From: Verrucomicrobiales bacterium
Lineage (GTDB): Bacteria > Verrucomicrobiota > Verrucomicrobiia > Limisphaerales > UBA9464
Length of the DNA stretch: 64,000 nt
Assembly (NCBI GenBank): GCA_027489875.1
Contig: JAIXZE010000077.1
Location: forward strand, 33,000-96,999
Direction: 5' to 3'
Positions 28,089-38,885 of the stretch are shown here, in pieces. The stretch's first letter is position 1, and each line of letters opens with the position of its first letter. The notes under the pieces are model-generated. The model had not been told where the DNA came from. It worked only from the letters and a program-made list of their open reading frames with translations, and ran no database searches. A program made the translations under genes and the position numbers.

Positions 28089-31000
28089 TCAGTTGTAACG
28101 GACCACCAATTTGTCGCCGGCAGCCTGGACGCTCAGGATGGTGTGGCGGGGCGAGATGGTGATATATCCCTGCTCGCCGCTGGTGGGCATATCGACCGTG
28201 ATCGTCTTGTTGGCGTGATCAATCACGATATTGGTCATGGTGGCTCCGGTCATGCCTGCCGGAGGCACGCCGCTGACGGTAATGGGCGGCGGGGTGACAG
28301 CCCGGTAGGTCTTGAGCGCGGCCACATCATGGGCGCTGTTGAGGAGCACTTCGGAGCCGTCAGGCTTCACAACCGTCCACTCCATGGAGTAGTCGCCGCC
28401 GCCATTGCCGCTGACGAAGCGGAACGGGTAGATGGCGGGCTTGTCGACGAACACGGAGTAGGTCCAGCCGCCCGTCCAACCATCGTTGGGGATGAGGGCC
28501 TGTTGCTCCGGGTTGTCCTGGAGGCTGACGGTGATCGGGCCCTTGGCGAGTTCGGCGACAAGGTTCGTGCCATCACGGTAGTTGATGAACAAGCAGGGGA
28601 TGTCCACGCCCTCGGCGGTGCCACCCATGAAGATGGGCGGACGATCCGCGCGATCACCACTGGCATCATTGAAGATGATGACTGCCTTGGCACCGGCGGC
28701 CTTGGCTTGAACCGCCTTCAGGCCGAAGGCGACGCCACCGCGTTGGATAAGGACGGCGGCATCCTTGGCCTGGGCGGCGTTTGTGAGTGCGGTGTTGGCA
28801 AGGATGGGGCTGGCAGCCACCAGGTTCAAAACCAGCGGTTCAGCGGTGGGCAGGTCAACGCCGAATCCGGAACCGATGGACGTACGGGTGGCCGACATGC
28901 CGATGCGCTTGCCGGCCAGCGAAGGCGGCGAGGTGATGACGACGCAGCCGAATTGGAACGACTGCTCCTCCTGCTGCATGATGCGCGGAGAGTCGTCGGA
29001 GTGGACCGAGAGTTGGTACAGACCCGCCGTCGGCATCTCGATGTAAGTGATGGCTTCGGCCGCGTAGTGGTCCATGCGGCCAGACTTGCCGGGGAGACCG
29101 GGGAGCTTGATGTCGTCCCGGATCGAACCCAGGGTCCCGGGTCCGAAGTTGATGGTATCCACCTGCCACCATTCGCCGTCGCGCGGGTAGGTGGTGTCCG
29201 TGAAGTCGACGTCATTGGCACCGGGCAGGATGCCGGCGAGCATGGCTTCGGACTTGGTCACGGAACCGTTTTCGCCCGAGACGAATCCGATCGGGAGCTG
29301 CCACGTGCGGACCTTGAAGCCGCGGGTGTTGGCGACCTGGGAACCGAGAGGATAGGACCGGGCAACGTCCGGGATGAAGGCTTCGACGATCTCGAAATCC
29401 CATTCGTTGGTGACGGTTGTTCCGGCGCTGTCGGTGTACACCAAGGTCGCTGTATGGGAAGTGGCAGGCAGGAAGTCCGCCGTGCGGGTGAAGGTGACGG
29501 TGGTGACCTTGCCGTTCTTGACCGCAGTGGAAGTGCCAGCACCGTCCACCTTCAGGCTGACGTTGCTCGGAGAAACCGTGGTGCCGTCATCGACGATGTT
29601 GGCGGTCACGTTCGCGTTGGGGAGGACTTCCGTGATGGTGAACTCCTGCATGCCGGCGATGTTCACGCCGGGCGTGACGTTGCGGACATAGGCCGGGAAC
29701 GAGGCCGGGGGTTGGTAGGCCTGGATGCCACCCGGGGTATTGATCAGCTTGAGGTTGGATCCATCGGGATCGGCCGAGAAGAACTCGAGGTCGCCCTGGC
29801 GGATGCCGATATTGTGGATCAGGCGGACGGGGTAATAGCCGGGGGTCGGGACGAAGAACGAGAACAGGTAGTTCTCGGTGATGTTGCCGTCGAAGTCGCC
29901 GAGCACGGTGGCGAACAGATCCTTCGGTCCGCGTTTGCCATCACCGATGGCGACGGAGAAGGAGTCGATGCCGAAGATGCCGAGGGTATAGCTGCCGGCA
30001 GTGGGGAAGTGCAGGACGGTCATCACCTCGGTGGCGAGATTGTCCGCGGTCCAGTCCAGGCCGCCGTTGCCGGGAGTGCCCGGGAAGGGAAGGTCGGCAA
30101 ATCCGTTGGTTGTGGTGAAATTGCCCTTCTCGACGACCTCGTAGAAGTTGTTGAGGTTGATGACGCTGTTCGCGGGTGTGTTGAACAGGAAGTAGCCGTT
30201 GGCATCGGCGTTTGAGAGATCTGCGAGGTTGTTGCCTTCGAGGCCTTCCAATTGATTGCGGATGTTGTCCAGCGACGCGGCGTTGTCGAAGTCGGCGCCG
30301 TCGGCTTGGTGGACGAACAGTCGGAAGCCCTTCTTGGTCTTGTCGACCTGGGACTCAGGGATGGCCGCGGCGGCCTCGATGGCGGCTGTGCTGACCCTGA
30401 AGGACCACGTGTTGGTTCGCGGCAAGGGCGGCGTGCCGGCGTCGGTGAACTTCAGCGTGACATTGTACAGTGCGCCGACTTCCAGGGCCGCGGACGGTGT
30501 GAATGTTGCCGTTGTCTGCGTGCCAACCTTGTTGAGGGTGAGGGCTCCGGCAACAGCCGCGCCGCCTTCATTGGCAGCCACAGTGAGCGACACGGACGAA
30601 CCGTTGAGTGCGATTGAATCGTCCCTGAGATTGGCCACGATGGCGGCCGTCGGAGAGACACCGACGGCTCCGGATTCAGGAAAGATGTTGGCCACGTATG
30701 GGCGGAGAGGCCCGGAGTAGTACGACTTGACGGTGTTGGTCGGATTTCCGACGGCAATGCGATTGCCTGCGCCGTCGAAGAGGAACCATTCCCAGCCGCT
30801 GGCGCCGAGGCGATTGGCCCAGAGGCAGCGGAACGGGTAGATGCCGGGTTGGGTGACATTGACCAGGATGACGCGTGTCTCGGTCATCGCGCGTTCTCCG
30901 GAAAACTGGCGGAGCACGGTGGCGAAACGGTCTCGCGGGTTGACACCGAAGGTCAGCTTGAAGGCGTCATCGGAGGAGACGCCGAACTCGTAGGTTCCTG

Positions 31001-31457
31001 CGGTTGGGAATTCGAGGAAGGCGATGGCTTCGGCGGCGGCCTGCTCGGAAGAGCCCGTTGTGCCTGGAAGGCCGGGGATCAGCGTATCGGGGAAGTCAGG
31101 TCCGACGAGAACACCGTTGTCGGCATCGATGCCGGCGTCGTGGCGGAAGTTCAGGCCTTGGTTGACGACAAAGAACCCGAGGCTGGTGTCGAAGGTGTAG
31201 TTGGGGTCGGAGAGGTTGGCGATGTTCGCACCGAGATCCCCGTTGAGAAGACGTTCGGACGTGGCGACTGACCCTGCGTGGTCGATTCCCTCCACTTGCG
31301 CCGTCCGAACCAGGAATCCTGGTTTGTTGGTATCCACGCCTGTGGTGAGGCGTAGCGATGCGGGTAGCGTGGTCTGGGCGAAGCTCCCGGTGACCAAACC
31401 GGGGACCAGACCACTGAAGAGGGCGGCAATGCCACCCAGTTTGATCAGTGGTTTCAT
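28089..31457 (-). CDS. Large secreted protein with three PA14-like modules, Ig-like linkers and a PA (protease-associated) domain
   Basis: Signal peptide; repeated FPTAG.Y..G..SDD.F / G.YP.R modules; LIQRGGVAFGLKAVQAKAAGAKAVIIFN. Confidence 0.7.
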   Translation of the reverse strand: MKPLIKLGGIAALFSGLVPGLVTGSFAQTTLPASLRLTTGVDTNKPGFLVRTAQVEGIDHAGSVATSERLLNGDLGANIANLSDPNYTFDTSLGFFVVNQGLNFRHDAGIDADNGVLVGPDFPDTLIPGLPGTTGSSEQAAAEAIAFLEFPTAGTYEFGVSSDDAFKLTFGVNPRDRFATVLRQFSGERAMTETRVILVNVTQPGIYPFRCLWANRLGASGWEWFLFDGAGNRIAVGNPTNTVKSYYSGPLRPYVANIFPESGAVGVSPTAAIVANLRDDSIALNGSSVSLTVAANEGGAAVAGALTLNKVGTQTTATFTPSAALEVGALYNVTLKFTDAGTPPLPRTNTWSFRVSTAAIEAAAAIPESQVDKTKKGFRLFVHQADGADFDNAASLDNIRNQLEGLEGNNLADLSNADANGYFLFNTPANSVINLNNFYEVVEKGNFTTTNGFADLPFPGTPGNGGLDWTADNLATEVMTVLHFPTAGSYTLGIFGIDSFSVAIGDGKRGPKDLFATVLGDFDGNITENYLFSFFVPTPGYYPVRLIHNIGIRQGDLEFFSADPDGSNLKLINTPGGIQAYQPPASFPAYVRNVTPGVNIAGMQEFTITEVLPNANVTANIVDDGTTVSPSNVSLKVDGAGTSTAVKNGKVTTVTFTRTADFLPATSHTATLVYTDSAGTTVTNEWDFEIVEAFIPDVARSYPLGSQVANTRGFKVRTWQLPIGFVSGENGSVTKSEAMLAGILPGANDVDFTDTTYPRDGEWWQVDTINFGPGTLGSIRDDIKLPGLPGKSGRMDHYAAEAITYIEMPTAGLYQLSVHSDDSPRIMQQEEQSFQFGCVVITSPPSLAGKRIGMSATRTSIGSGFGVDLPTAEPLVLNLVAASPILANTALTNAAQAKDAAVLIQRGGVAFGLKAVQAKAAGAKAVIIFNDASGDRADRPPIFMGGTAEGVDIPCLFINYRDGTNLVAELAKGPITVSLQDNPEQQALIPNDGWTGGWTYSVFVDKPAIYPFRFVSGNGGGDYSMEWTVVKPDGSEVLLNSAHDVAALKTYRAVTPPPITVSGVPPAGMTGATMTNIVIDHANKTITVDMPTSGEQGYITISPRHTILSVQAAGDKLVVRYN

Positions 31458-31619
31458 GCTCTGAGGATTTTGGAAGCGTGTGGTGCCTCCGTCGTCCCAA
31501 GGGCGTAGGGCAGATGAGGACGCGGGTAAAGGCATTTCCTCGTCGCGGATGCAAGGATGTGGCGACGATTGCGGCGAGTTGTGGGCATTCTGCCAAAGAA
31601 TGGCCATTTGCGCCCCGCT

Positions 31620-32150
31620 TCAGGCGATCAGGCGGGTGTAGAAGAGCACCGTGGTGCCAATTCCCAGAAGGAGCGCGCTGACCAGGGCCGCTGCCACATC
31701 ATCCAGAACGATGCCCAGTCCTCCGTGAAGGTTCTGCAGGCGCCGGATGGGCCACGGCTTCCAGATGTCGAAGATGCGGAAGAGGACGAAGGCCGCCACC
31801 AGTGCCGGCCACCATTGGCTGATTCCTTCGATGCGGGGCGTTGCCCCGACGGACCACCAATGGACGGCGTAGCCGGAAAATGCGATGGGGACAGCGATGA
31901 TTTCGTCGAGGACGACTGAACCAGGGTCCGTTTCCCCCAGGGCCCGCTCGGCGACGGAACAGATGGGAATCGAGGTAGCCGTGAGAATGAGGACGGTGGC
32001 GATGTAGAACGCGGGATGGGGGACGAGGAGGAGGCCAGCGGTGAGGAGGACTCCGCCGAGGCTGCCCCAGGTTCCAGGCCCGGGATGCAGTCGGCCGAGT
32101 CCGAATCCTTGAGCCAGCAACAACAGACTCCGGGTGGTGGAGGCGCTCAT
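31620..32150 (-). CDS. pgpA: Phosphatidylglycerophosphatase A
   Basis: GPGTWGS, DPGSVVLDE, FRIFDIWKPWP, GIVLDD. Confidence 0.92.
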   Translation of the reverse strand: MSASTTRSLLLLAQGFGLGRLHPGPGTWGSLGGVLLTAGLLLVPHPAFYIATVLILTATSIPICSVAERALGETDPGSVVLDEIIAVPIAFSGYAVHWWSVGATPRIEGISQWWPALVAAFVLFRIFDIWKPWPIRRLQNLHGGLGIVLDDVAAALVSALLLGIGTTVLFYTRLIA

Positions 32151-32737
32151 ACCTCGGTGAGGTAGAGTTGGCGGTTTCGCCAAAGGTAGATGCTGCCGCT
32201 GAGGACGGTCAGGGCCACCGCCACCCATTGGGAGAAGGGAGTGAACCAACCAATCCATGGCTTGCCGGCGATGGGCCATCCGAAGACAGCGGAGCCAAAG
32301 ACGCCCCATTGCTGATAGCTCAGAAGGACGAGGACCGCGACGATGGCGACGATCTGGGAGATGGTTTTGTGCTTTCCGAATCCTTCGGCGGCGAGAACCA
32401 CGTTCTTGGACGCAGCCAGCAGTCGCAGTCCCGTGATTGCCAGTTCGCGTCCGACGATGATCACCACCATCCACGCCTCGATCTGGCGGAGTTCGACAAA
32501 GGCGATGAAGGCGGAACAGGTCAGGATCTTGTCGGCCAATGGATCCATGAGGATGCCGAAATTGGTGATGAGGCCGCGGGAGCGGGCGATCCTGCCATCC
32601 AGCGCGTCGGTGATCCCCGCGGCGGTGAAGAGGGCGAGGGCGACGGTTTCGTTTCCGGGAAAGCGGGCGAAGATCACTGCCAGGAAAAGGCCGGTCAGTG
32701 CGAAGCGGGAAACGGTCAGTTTGTTGGGAAGATTCAC
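32147..32737 (-). CDS. pgsA: CDP-diacylglycerol--glycerol-3-phosphate 3-phosphatidyltransferase
   Basis: NLPNKLT, TDALDGRIAR...FG..MDPLADK. Confidence 0.93.
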   Translation of the reverse strand: MNLPNKLTVSRFALTGLFLAVIFARFPGNETVALALFTAAGITDALDGRIARSRGLITNFGILMDPLADKILTCSAFIAFVELRQIEAWMVVIIVGRELAITGLRLLAASKNVVLAAEGFGKHKTISQIVAIVAVLVLLSYQQWGVFGSAVFGWPIAGKPWIGWFTPFSQWVAVALTVLSGSIYLWRNRQLYLTEV

Positions 32738-32759
32738 CGGGAGGAGGAGCGCGGATCCC

Positions 32760-33344
32760 TCAGCGGGTGCTGGGTGCGGACTGGGTTTGGGGCGACGGAG
32801 TCGTGGGTTGGAGCCTGTAGGCGCGGCCTGCGAGGAGGATGCCGGCCAGCGCGACGAGGATGCCTCCGTGGAGGAACATGCGGCGATTGGTGAGCAGGGT
32901 CAGGGAGCAGAAGACCACCGCCACCTGCAACAGGATCTCGGCGGTTCCGAATGCATCATTCCGCTTTCCGGATAACTCGGCGGCGGCCGCCTCGCGTTGG
33001 GCTCCTTCGCGGATCGCATCGTTCTCGGTGCGATACTCCTGATTCTTGGACTTGAGATCGGTGACAAAGGATTCCAGAGCTGCCCGACGAGTCGGGGAAG
33101 GGTTGTCCGCCAGTTCGATGGCGAGGCGGCGCAGTTCCAGATCGTTGATGTATTCGCGCTGCCTCTTTGCCTGGTACCAGGCGAACCCGTTGGAGGATTT
33201 CACTTCGCCGACGATCATGTCGTCTGCCGCGTTGTTGCCCAGTGAACCCACCAAGGCCATCAGGACGGCGATCACCGCGATGATGATTCCGACCTGTGTC
33301 TCGTCCTTGCGTCCCTGAGGGGAGGGTATTTCGATGTCCGCCAT
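32760..33344 (-). CDS. DUF4337-like membrane protein
   Basis: N-terminal TM, FAWYQAK, coiled region, LLQVAVV plus two TMs. Confidence 0.7.
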   Translation of the reverse strand: MADIEIPSPQGRKDETQVGIIIAVIAVLMALVGSLGNNAADDMIVGEVKSSNGFAWYQAKRQREYINDLELRRLAIELADNPSPTRRAALESFVTDLKSKNQEYRTENDAIREGAQREAAAAELSGKRNDAFGTAEILLQVAVVFCSLTLLTNRRMFLHGGILVALAGILLAGRAYRLQPTTPSPQTQSAPSTR

Positions 33345-33408
33345 GGTTACGGGCCGGTAAGTTAGGGAGAAGTCCCCACAAGCCAAGGTGTAACCTGACC
33401 AAGCCGGC

Positions 33409-33693
33409 TCAAAACCACCAGTATCCCGCCGTCATGGCGGCCAGAAGCACCACGGCGGTCACCCACCAGAGGGTCTTTCGATCGAACCGGAGCGGGGCGG
33501 GTTCCTGTGGGAACTCCCGGCGGACGAACGACTCGTAGTCGAAATCCTCGTCTGGCAGATCAAGGCCGTCGGATCCGTCCTGCTCGCGCCAGCCGTCGTC
33601 TGCCGTTGCCCCGCAATGCGGGCACGAAACGCGGCGTGCGGGGACGTGTTCGTGGCAGGCAGGGCAAGGGCCTGGCGGGCGGAAGGAACCCAT
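33409..33693 (-). CDS. Zinc-ribbon small membrane protein
   Basis: CPAC...CPHC, acidic linker, C-terminal TM. Confidence 0.7.
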   Translation of the reverse strand: MGSFRPPGPCPACHEHVPARRVSCPHCGATADDGWREQDGSDGLDLPDEDFDYESFVRREFPQEPAPLRFDRKTLWWVTAVVLLAAMTAGYWWF

Positions 33694-33705
33694 GTCCGTT
33701 CCCTG

Positions 33706-34587
33706 TCAGGGTGTGGCCAGTTCTGCGGCGCGTGCGGTGTTGGCAAGCAGCATGGCGATGGTCATCGGGCCCACGCCACCCGGGTTCGGGGTGATCTTAC
33801 CGGCGATGGGTTGAACCTCATCGAATGCGACGTCCCCAACAAGGCGGGTGCCACCGGGTGCCGTCGGATCCGGGATCCGGTTGACCCCGACATCGATCAC
33901 GACCGCACCCGGCTTGACGAAGGCGGTCGTGACGAACCGTGGCACGCCCATGGCGGCGATGAGGATGTCCGCACGTCGACAATGGTCCACGATATCGCGA
34001 CTGGCCGAATGGCAGACCGTGACGGTGGCGTTGGCCGTGCGGCCCTTCTGGACCAGGATTGCGGCCATGGGTTTCCCGACGATGTTTCCGCGTCCGAGAA
34101 TCACCACGTTTGCGCCAGGGATGGGAACTCCGGACCGGATCAGCAACTCATGTACCCCTGCGGGGGTGCAGGGCACGAATCCGCCAGAATCACCGAGCAG
34201 GAGCCGGCCGACGTTCAATGGGTGGAATCCGTCGACATCCTTGCGGGGATCGACGGCTGCGAAAATGGTCGCTGAGTCGATCTGGGGTGGGAGCGGAGCC
34301 TGGACGAGGATGCCGTGCCATGTGGGGTCGGCATTGAGGCGGTGGATGAGGGTGAGAAGCTCCGTCTGGGTGGTCGCCGCGGGGAGGACGATGGTCTCCG
34401 AGTGGATTCCGAGTTCCCGAGACTTCCTTTCCTTCATTCCGACATAGACCTGGGAGGCCGGGTCTTCCCCCACGCGGACGAAAACCAGTCCTGGGCGGCA
34501 ACCTCGTTGGAGCAATGCGGCCACCCGCTGCGAGGTTTCGGTGTGGATCTGGGACGCGATGGCCCGACCGTCGATGAGGTTCTGCAT
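33706..34587 (-). CDS. folD: Methylenetetrahydrofolate dehydrogenase/cyclohydrolase
   Basis: KDVDGFH, PCTP, GRGNIVGKP, PGGVGPMT. Confidence 0.97.
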   Translation of the reverse strand: MQNLIDGRAIASQIHTETSQRVAALLQRGCRPGLVFVRVGEDPASQVYVGMKERKSRELGIHSETIVLPAATTQTELLTLIHRLNADPTWHGILVQAPLPPQIDSATIFAAVDPRKDVDGFHPLNVGRLLLGDSGGFVPCTPAGVHELLIRSGVPIPGANVVILGRGNIVGKPMAAILVQKGRTANATVTVCHSASRDIVDHCRRADILIAAMGVPRFVTTAFVKPGAVVIDVGVNRIPDPTAPGGTRLVGDVAFDEVQPIAGKITPNPGGVGPMTIAMLLANTARAAELATP

Positions 34588-34614
34588 GTTGGGAGAAGCC
34601 GCGGGGCGAAGGTT

Positions 34615-35643
34615 TCAGCGGGTGATCTTGGATCGGAAGTAGGCGATGGTTGGCACGAGCCCGTCGGCAAGGGGGATGGCAGGCTCCCAGCCGAGCAGTT
34701 TCCGGGCGCGGGTGATATCCGGACGACGTTGCTTGGGATCGTCCTGCGGGAGGGGCTTGTGGATGATCCGGGACTTGGATCCGGTGGCCTTGATGATTTC
34801 CTGGGCGAACTGGAGCATCGTCAATTCGTGGGGATTCCCGATGTTGCACGGGTCGCTGGCGGTGGCTCCGGTACACATCATCAGGCGGTAGATCCCCTCG
34901 ATGAGGTCGGAGGCGAAGCAGAAGCTCCGCGTTTGTGTTCCGTCGCCGAAGACGGTGATGGGCTTCCCTCGGAGGGCCTGGCTGACGAAGGCTGGGACGA
35001 CGCGGCCGTCCTCTACCCGCATCCGTGGTCCGTAGGTGTTGAAGATGCGGACAATGCGCGTGTCCACGCCGTGTTCCCGGTGGTAGGCCATCGTCAAGGC
35101 CTCGGCGAAGCGCTTGGATTCGTCGTAGCAACCGCGCGGGCCCACCGGATTGACGTTGCCCCAGTAAGCTTCGGTCTGTGGGTGGACGAGCGGATCCCCG
35201 TAGACTTCGGAGGTGGAGGTGATGAGGAACCGGGCACCCTTGGTCATGGCGAGGCCGAGTGCCTTGTGGGTTCCAAGCGAGCCGACCTTGAGCGTCTGGA
35301 TGGGGAGTTCGAGGTAATCGATCGGACTGGCCGGGGAAGCAAAGTGCCAGAGGAAGTCCACGGGACCGTCCAGATAGAGGTACTCGGTGACGTCCTGCTT
35401 GATGAACCGGAAGTCAGGATTCCCGGCGAGGTGCTGGATGTTGTCCGTGGAACCCGTAATGAGGTTGTCGATGACCGTCACGCGATGTCCGCGGGCAAGG
35501 AGGAGGTCCACCAGATGGGAGCCCAGGAAACCTGCGCCTCCGGTGACGACGGAGACGGGCTTGTCGCTCGACCGGCGTCGGGTCGGCTTGGCATGGGACC
35601 GGGGTTTGGATACGGCCTTCCGAGGGGATGGGGATGGAGGCAT
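34615..35643 (-). CDS. UDP-glucuronate decarboxylase (UXS-like)
   Basis: [48 protein letters not shown]. Confidence 0.92.
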   Translation of the reverse strand: MPPSPSPRKAVSKPRSHAKPTRRRSSDKPVSVVTGGAGFLGSHLVDLLLARGHRVTVIDNLITGSTDNIQHLAGNPDFRFIKQDVTEYLYLDGPVDFLWHFASPASPIDYLELPIQTLKVGSLGTHKALGLAMTKGARFLITSTSEVYGDPLVHPQTEAYWGNVNPVGPRGCYDESKRFAEALTMAYHREHGVDTRIVRIFNTYGPRMRVEDGRVVPAFVSQALRGKPITVFGDGTQTRSFCFASDLIEGIYRLMMCTGATASDPCNIGNPHELTMLQFAQEIIKATGSKSRIIHKPLPQDDPKQRRPDITRARKLLGWEPAIPLADGLVPTIAYFRSKITR

Positions 35644-35661
35644 GGTGGGGGTTTGGGTTGT

Positions 35662-37044
35662 TTACTTCGCACCCGCGCCGGTGAAGACGGCGGGGATGGT
35701 CATCAGGAGGATCTTGAAGTCGAGCCAGAGGGACCAATTGTCGATGTACTCGAGGTCGAGCCGGACCCATTCCTTGAAGTCGGAGACATTGTTCCGGCCG
35801 CGGACCTGCCAGATGCAGGTGAGGCCGGGCCGCACGGAAAGGCGTCGGCGGTGGGCGAGGTCATCAAAGCGAGCGACTTCATCCAAGGGGAGAGGGCGAG
35901 GACCGACCAGCGACATCTCGCCACGGAGGACGTTGATGAGTTGGGGAAGCTCATCGATGGACCACTTGCGGAGGAACCGTCCGGTTGGAGTGACTCGGGG
36001 ATCGTTGGTGACCTTGAACACGGGGCCGGACATCTCGTTCAGCGCCGCGAGTTCCTGCTTGAGTTGCTCGGCGTTGGTCACCATCGAGCGGAACTTCAGC
36101 ATGGTGAATGGGCGTCCGTTGAGACCGGCCCGCTGCTGGCGGAAGAAAACGGGACCCGGCGAAGTCAACCGGACGGCCAGTGCGGCTGCCACCATGATCG
36201 GGGACAACAGGAGGATCAGGCTCAGCGAACCGACAAAATCGATCGCGCTCTTGCCCATGGCCTGCCACGAGACATCCGGTCCGGACCGGAAGACCAGCAT
36301 CGGGTGGCCGTGGAGGTCATCGACGGTTGTCTGGGAGATCCGGGTTTGGAAGAAGTCGGCAAGCAGCCAGACCTCAACGCCCTCCAGTTCGCACAACTGG
36401 ATGGTTCGCTCGATGTTCCCGAACAGGGTCTGGCGCGGGGCGATGAGGACGGAGTTGGCCGAATGGGTGTGCAGAAGGTCGGCCAGTTCGTCGATGGGGC
36501 GTTCGTTGAGGTCGATCCGACCGACGATCTCGATGTCCGGGAACTGGTCCAGCCGCAGGGCTTTTTCGAGACGCGCGGGGTCCGTGCCGCCTCCGACGAT
36601 GATGACGCGACGGCGGGCAATCTCACGTCCGTGGCGGTGGAGGGACCAAGCCCGGAGAAGCTCATCCTTGGCCCACATGAAGAGGACGGCGACGGGGATG
36701 TAGAGGGCGAAGATGAGGCGGGCTCCCTCGGTTTTCCGGAAGAAAAGGACGGCAATGGCGGCGAGGCTGACCCACGCGGCAGTGCGGGCAAGGATCCAGA
36801 GGGATTGGCGGCGGGAGCCCAGAACTGAACGGAGGTAATATCCCTGGAGTTCGAGGATCGGGGTGGACAGGGGAACCACCACCAGCAGCAACCAGGCGTA
36901 GCTGCTGAAGTCCTGAATGAGTTCCCCGCGGTCAAAAATGTCCAGCGAGCGCAGGGCGTGCGTGACCCAGAACGCCAGGCCAAACAGCGCGGCATCGACA
37001 ATCTTGCTGACCTTGGTGAAAAGCTGGCGGCGACGGCGCAGCAT
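35662..37044 (-). CDS. Exopolysaccharide priming polyprenyl glycosylphosphotransferase
   Basis: N-terminal TMs; [30 protein letters not shown]. Confidence 0.92.
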   Translation of the reverse strand: MLRRRRQLFTKVSKIVDAALFGLAFWVTHALRSLDIFDRGELIQDFSSYAWLLLVVVPLSTPILELQGYYLRSVLGSRRQSLWILARTAAWVSLAAIAVLFFRKTEGARLIFALYIPVAVLFMWAKDELLRAWSLHRHGREIARRRVIIVGGGTDPARLEKALRLDQFPDIEIVGRIDLNERPIDELADLLHTHSANSVLIAPRQTLFGNIERTIQLCELEGVEVWLLADFFQTRISQTTVDDLHGHPMLVFRSGPDVSWQAMGKSAIDFVGSLSLILLLSPIMVAAALAVRLTSPGPVFFRQQRAGLNGRPFTMLKFRSMVTNAEQLKQELAALNEMSGPVFKVTNDPRVTPTGRFLRKWSIDELPQLINVLRGEMSLVGPRPLPLDEVARFDDLAHRRRLSVRPGLTCIWQVRGRNNVSDFKEWVRLDLEYIDNWSLWLDFKILLMTIPAVFTGAGAK

Positions 37045-37091
37045 GGAATCCGAACCCTTGGACCCGCAATGGGGTCATTGTCTGAACCATT

Positions 37092-37829
37092 TCAGGGAGT
37101 GGCCCCCGTGGTCAACTGGAACTCCGGGACGGTGGCTGCCGCAATCTGCCCGATGCGGCGGAAGGTGCCGTCTTCCTGTCCGGGTGCACAATCGGCGAAG
37201 TAGGAGATGTAGGCCCAGCGTTGAAGGGTTTGTTTGGTGAGGAGGTTGCGGATCAGCGACCACTGACGTTCGAAGTGGCTGGCCGTGGTCTGGCCCTCGG
37301 TCACGAACCAGAAGACGAAAACACCGGACCGGACAGCAGGACGGCCGTTGACCTCACCTTGAAACGTCAGGTCGTACCGTTGCACCGGAAGCGTAAAGGG
37401 CCTGGTGCCCCCGATCTGGATGTTGGTGGCGGTCTGGCGGACGATGTTCCAGCCTTGGCCTGTCAGGCAGTATTCAGGCCGGTGGATGCTGGTTCGGTCT
37501 GTTCCCATCAGCACGGCGCTGGCCTGCACGGCGAACTGCTCTGACGGGATTGTATAGAATCGGCGGGCGTAGGTGGTGTCCGGGGGCAGGTAATCCAGTT
37601 CGAGGCGGGTGATCGAGGCGAGCCGTCCATCGAAACCGGGAACATTGACCGGCAGCGCGATGGAGTTGGTCCGGGCTACCTTGTTGTGTTCATCGAGAAC
37701 AGGGATCGAGCTGAGCTTGACGCCCGGATTTCCGAGGCGCACCGCGGCCCGGAGGGTGCGCAAGCCGGTGGCACTGACCCCGATGATCAGCAGGGTCAGG
37801 AGGGCCAGAAGACGAGGTTTGGCGATCAT
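37092..37829 (-). CDS. Exosortase-associated EpsI family protein
   Basis: DRTSIHRPEYCLTGQGW, FWFV; overlaps the exosortase stop. Confidence 0.8.
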   Translation of the reverse strand: MIAKPRLLALLTLLIIGVSATGLRTLRAAVRLGNPGVKLSSIPVLDEHNKVARTNSIALPVNVPGFDGRLASITRLELDYLPPDTTYARRFYTIPSEQFAVQASAVLMGTDRTSIHRPEYCLTGQGWNIVRQTATNIQIGGTRPFTLPVQRYDLTFQGEVNGRPAVRSGVFVFWFVTEGQTTASHFERQWSLIRNLLTKQTLQRWAYISYFADCAPGQEDGTFRRIGQIAAATVPEFQLTTGATP

Positions 37830-38815
37830 GGACGGGCAGCAGAGTCGGTTCGTGGAAGGGAATCGGGTTCCGGTTCCGGTTCAGGGCTCGAGCCCGGGGG
37901 AGCGGGCGGCGCGTCGCTGAGGACGCGACCCAGTGCGAAGACCCCGGCGAGCGCGACGGCGAAGGTGATGAATCCGGCCTTGGTTTCCACCTTGGAAGCC
38001 GCTGCCTGGCCCCAGATGTCGGCGACACAGAAGGTGGTGATCAGGCGCACGGTGTTGCCGAGGAGCGCCAACGGGACGGCGGCGAGGATCATCACACAGC
38101 GGCGCCATGGGCTTCGCAGGTGGAGCCAGGCGAAGGCGAGCGTCAGGAGCAGGACGATCGTCAGGCTTCGGATGCCGCTGCATGCGGCGGCGACATCGAA
38201 CTGGAAACCCGGATCCTTGGCGGTGGCTTCCTTGTAGACCATCGTGCCGATCCGCTTGATCGGTATGCTCAGGATCGACTTGCAGAACCAGGTCGAAAAC
38301 CAGGTCGAGAAGAGCCGGAGCTTGAACGTGGGTGCGTCGAGGTAGGCTGTCACCGGCAGGGTGAACGCGAGGAGGAAATAGGGGAAGAACACGGCCCTTA
38401 GCCAGCCGGGTCCCCACAGGAGTCCCATGATGCCGTAGAGGCCGACGAAGAACGCGACGATCGACACGCGCGTCTGCTGCACCAGGAATCCTGCGGCGTG
38501 GAGAAGGAGGGCGAGAACAACGATCGCGACGCCCGGAACCCAGGAACGTTTGGCGGCTTCGGTCAGTTCCTGTCTCCGGACGATCAGGAGCACGAGGACC
38601 AACAGGGGGACATAACGTCCGAACGCGTCGTCGGTGTCCGCCTTTTCGGCGCTTTCATGCAGCGCATTCAGCCAGGTGAACATCGACGCGGTGTCGACGT
38701 AGCCCAGCGTGGAATTTCCGAGGAAATGGAAGAGGAGAACCCACGCCGCGAGGAGCACGGCGAACTCCGCCTTGTTCGGCAGACCTTCCCACAGTTGGCG
38801 TAGTTCTTTTCCCAT
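37826..38815 (-). CDS. Exosortase family protein
   Basis: Multi-TM; FDVAAACSGIRSL (Cys) and GNTVR (Arg); the ORF-track extension upstream runs into the MITE. Confidence 0.85.
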   Translation of the reverse strand: MGKELRQLWEGLPNKAEFAVLLAAWVLLFHFLGNSTLGYVDTASMFTWLNALHESAEKADTDDAFGRYVPLLVLVLLIVRRQELTEAAKRSWVPGVAIVVLALLLHAAGFLVQQTRVSIVAFFVGLYGIMGLLWGPGWLRAVFFPYFLLAFTLPVTAYLDAPTFKLRLFSTWFSTWFCKSILSIPIKRIGTMVYKEATAKDPGFQFDVAAACSGIRSLTIVLLLTLAFAWLHLRSPWRRCVMILAAVPLALLGNTVRLITTFCVADIWGQAAASKVETKAGFITFAVALAGVFALGRVLSDAPPAPPGSSPEPEPEPDSLPRTDSAARP

Positions 38816-38885
38816 CGCGATGAGTCCGGTGAAGAAGCCAGTCAACGCGAAGACATGCAAGTCGCAGATAGGGGAAGTTCCGAGG

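Noticed and set aside
28083-30215. 710-aa plus-strand ORF
   Set aside because: Antisense shadow of the secreted protein gene, typical of high-GC codon bias.
34315-36828. 837-aa plus-strand ORF
   Set aside because: Antisense shadow spanning folD, the UXS-like gene and the sugar transferase.
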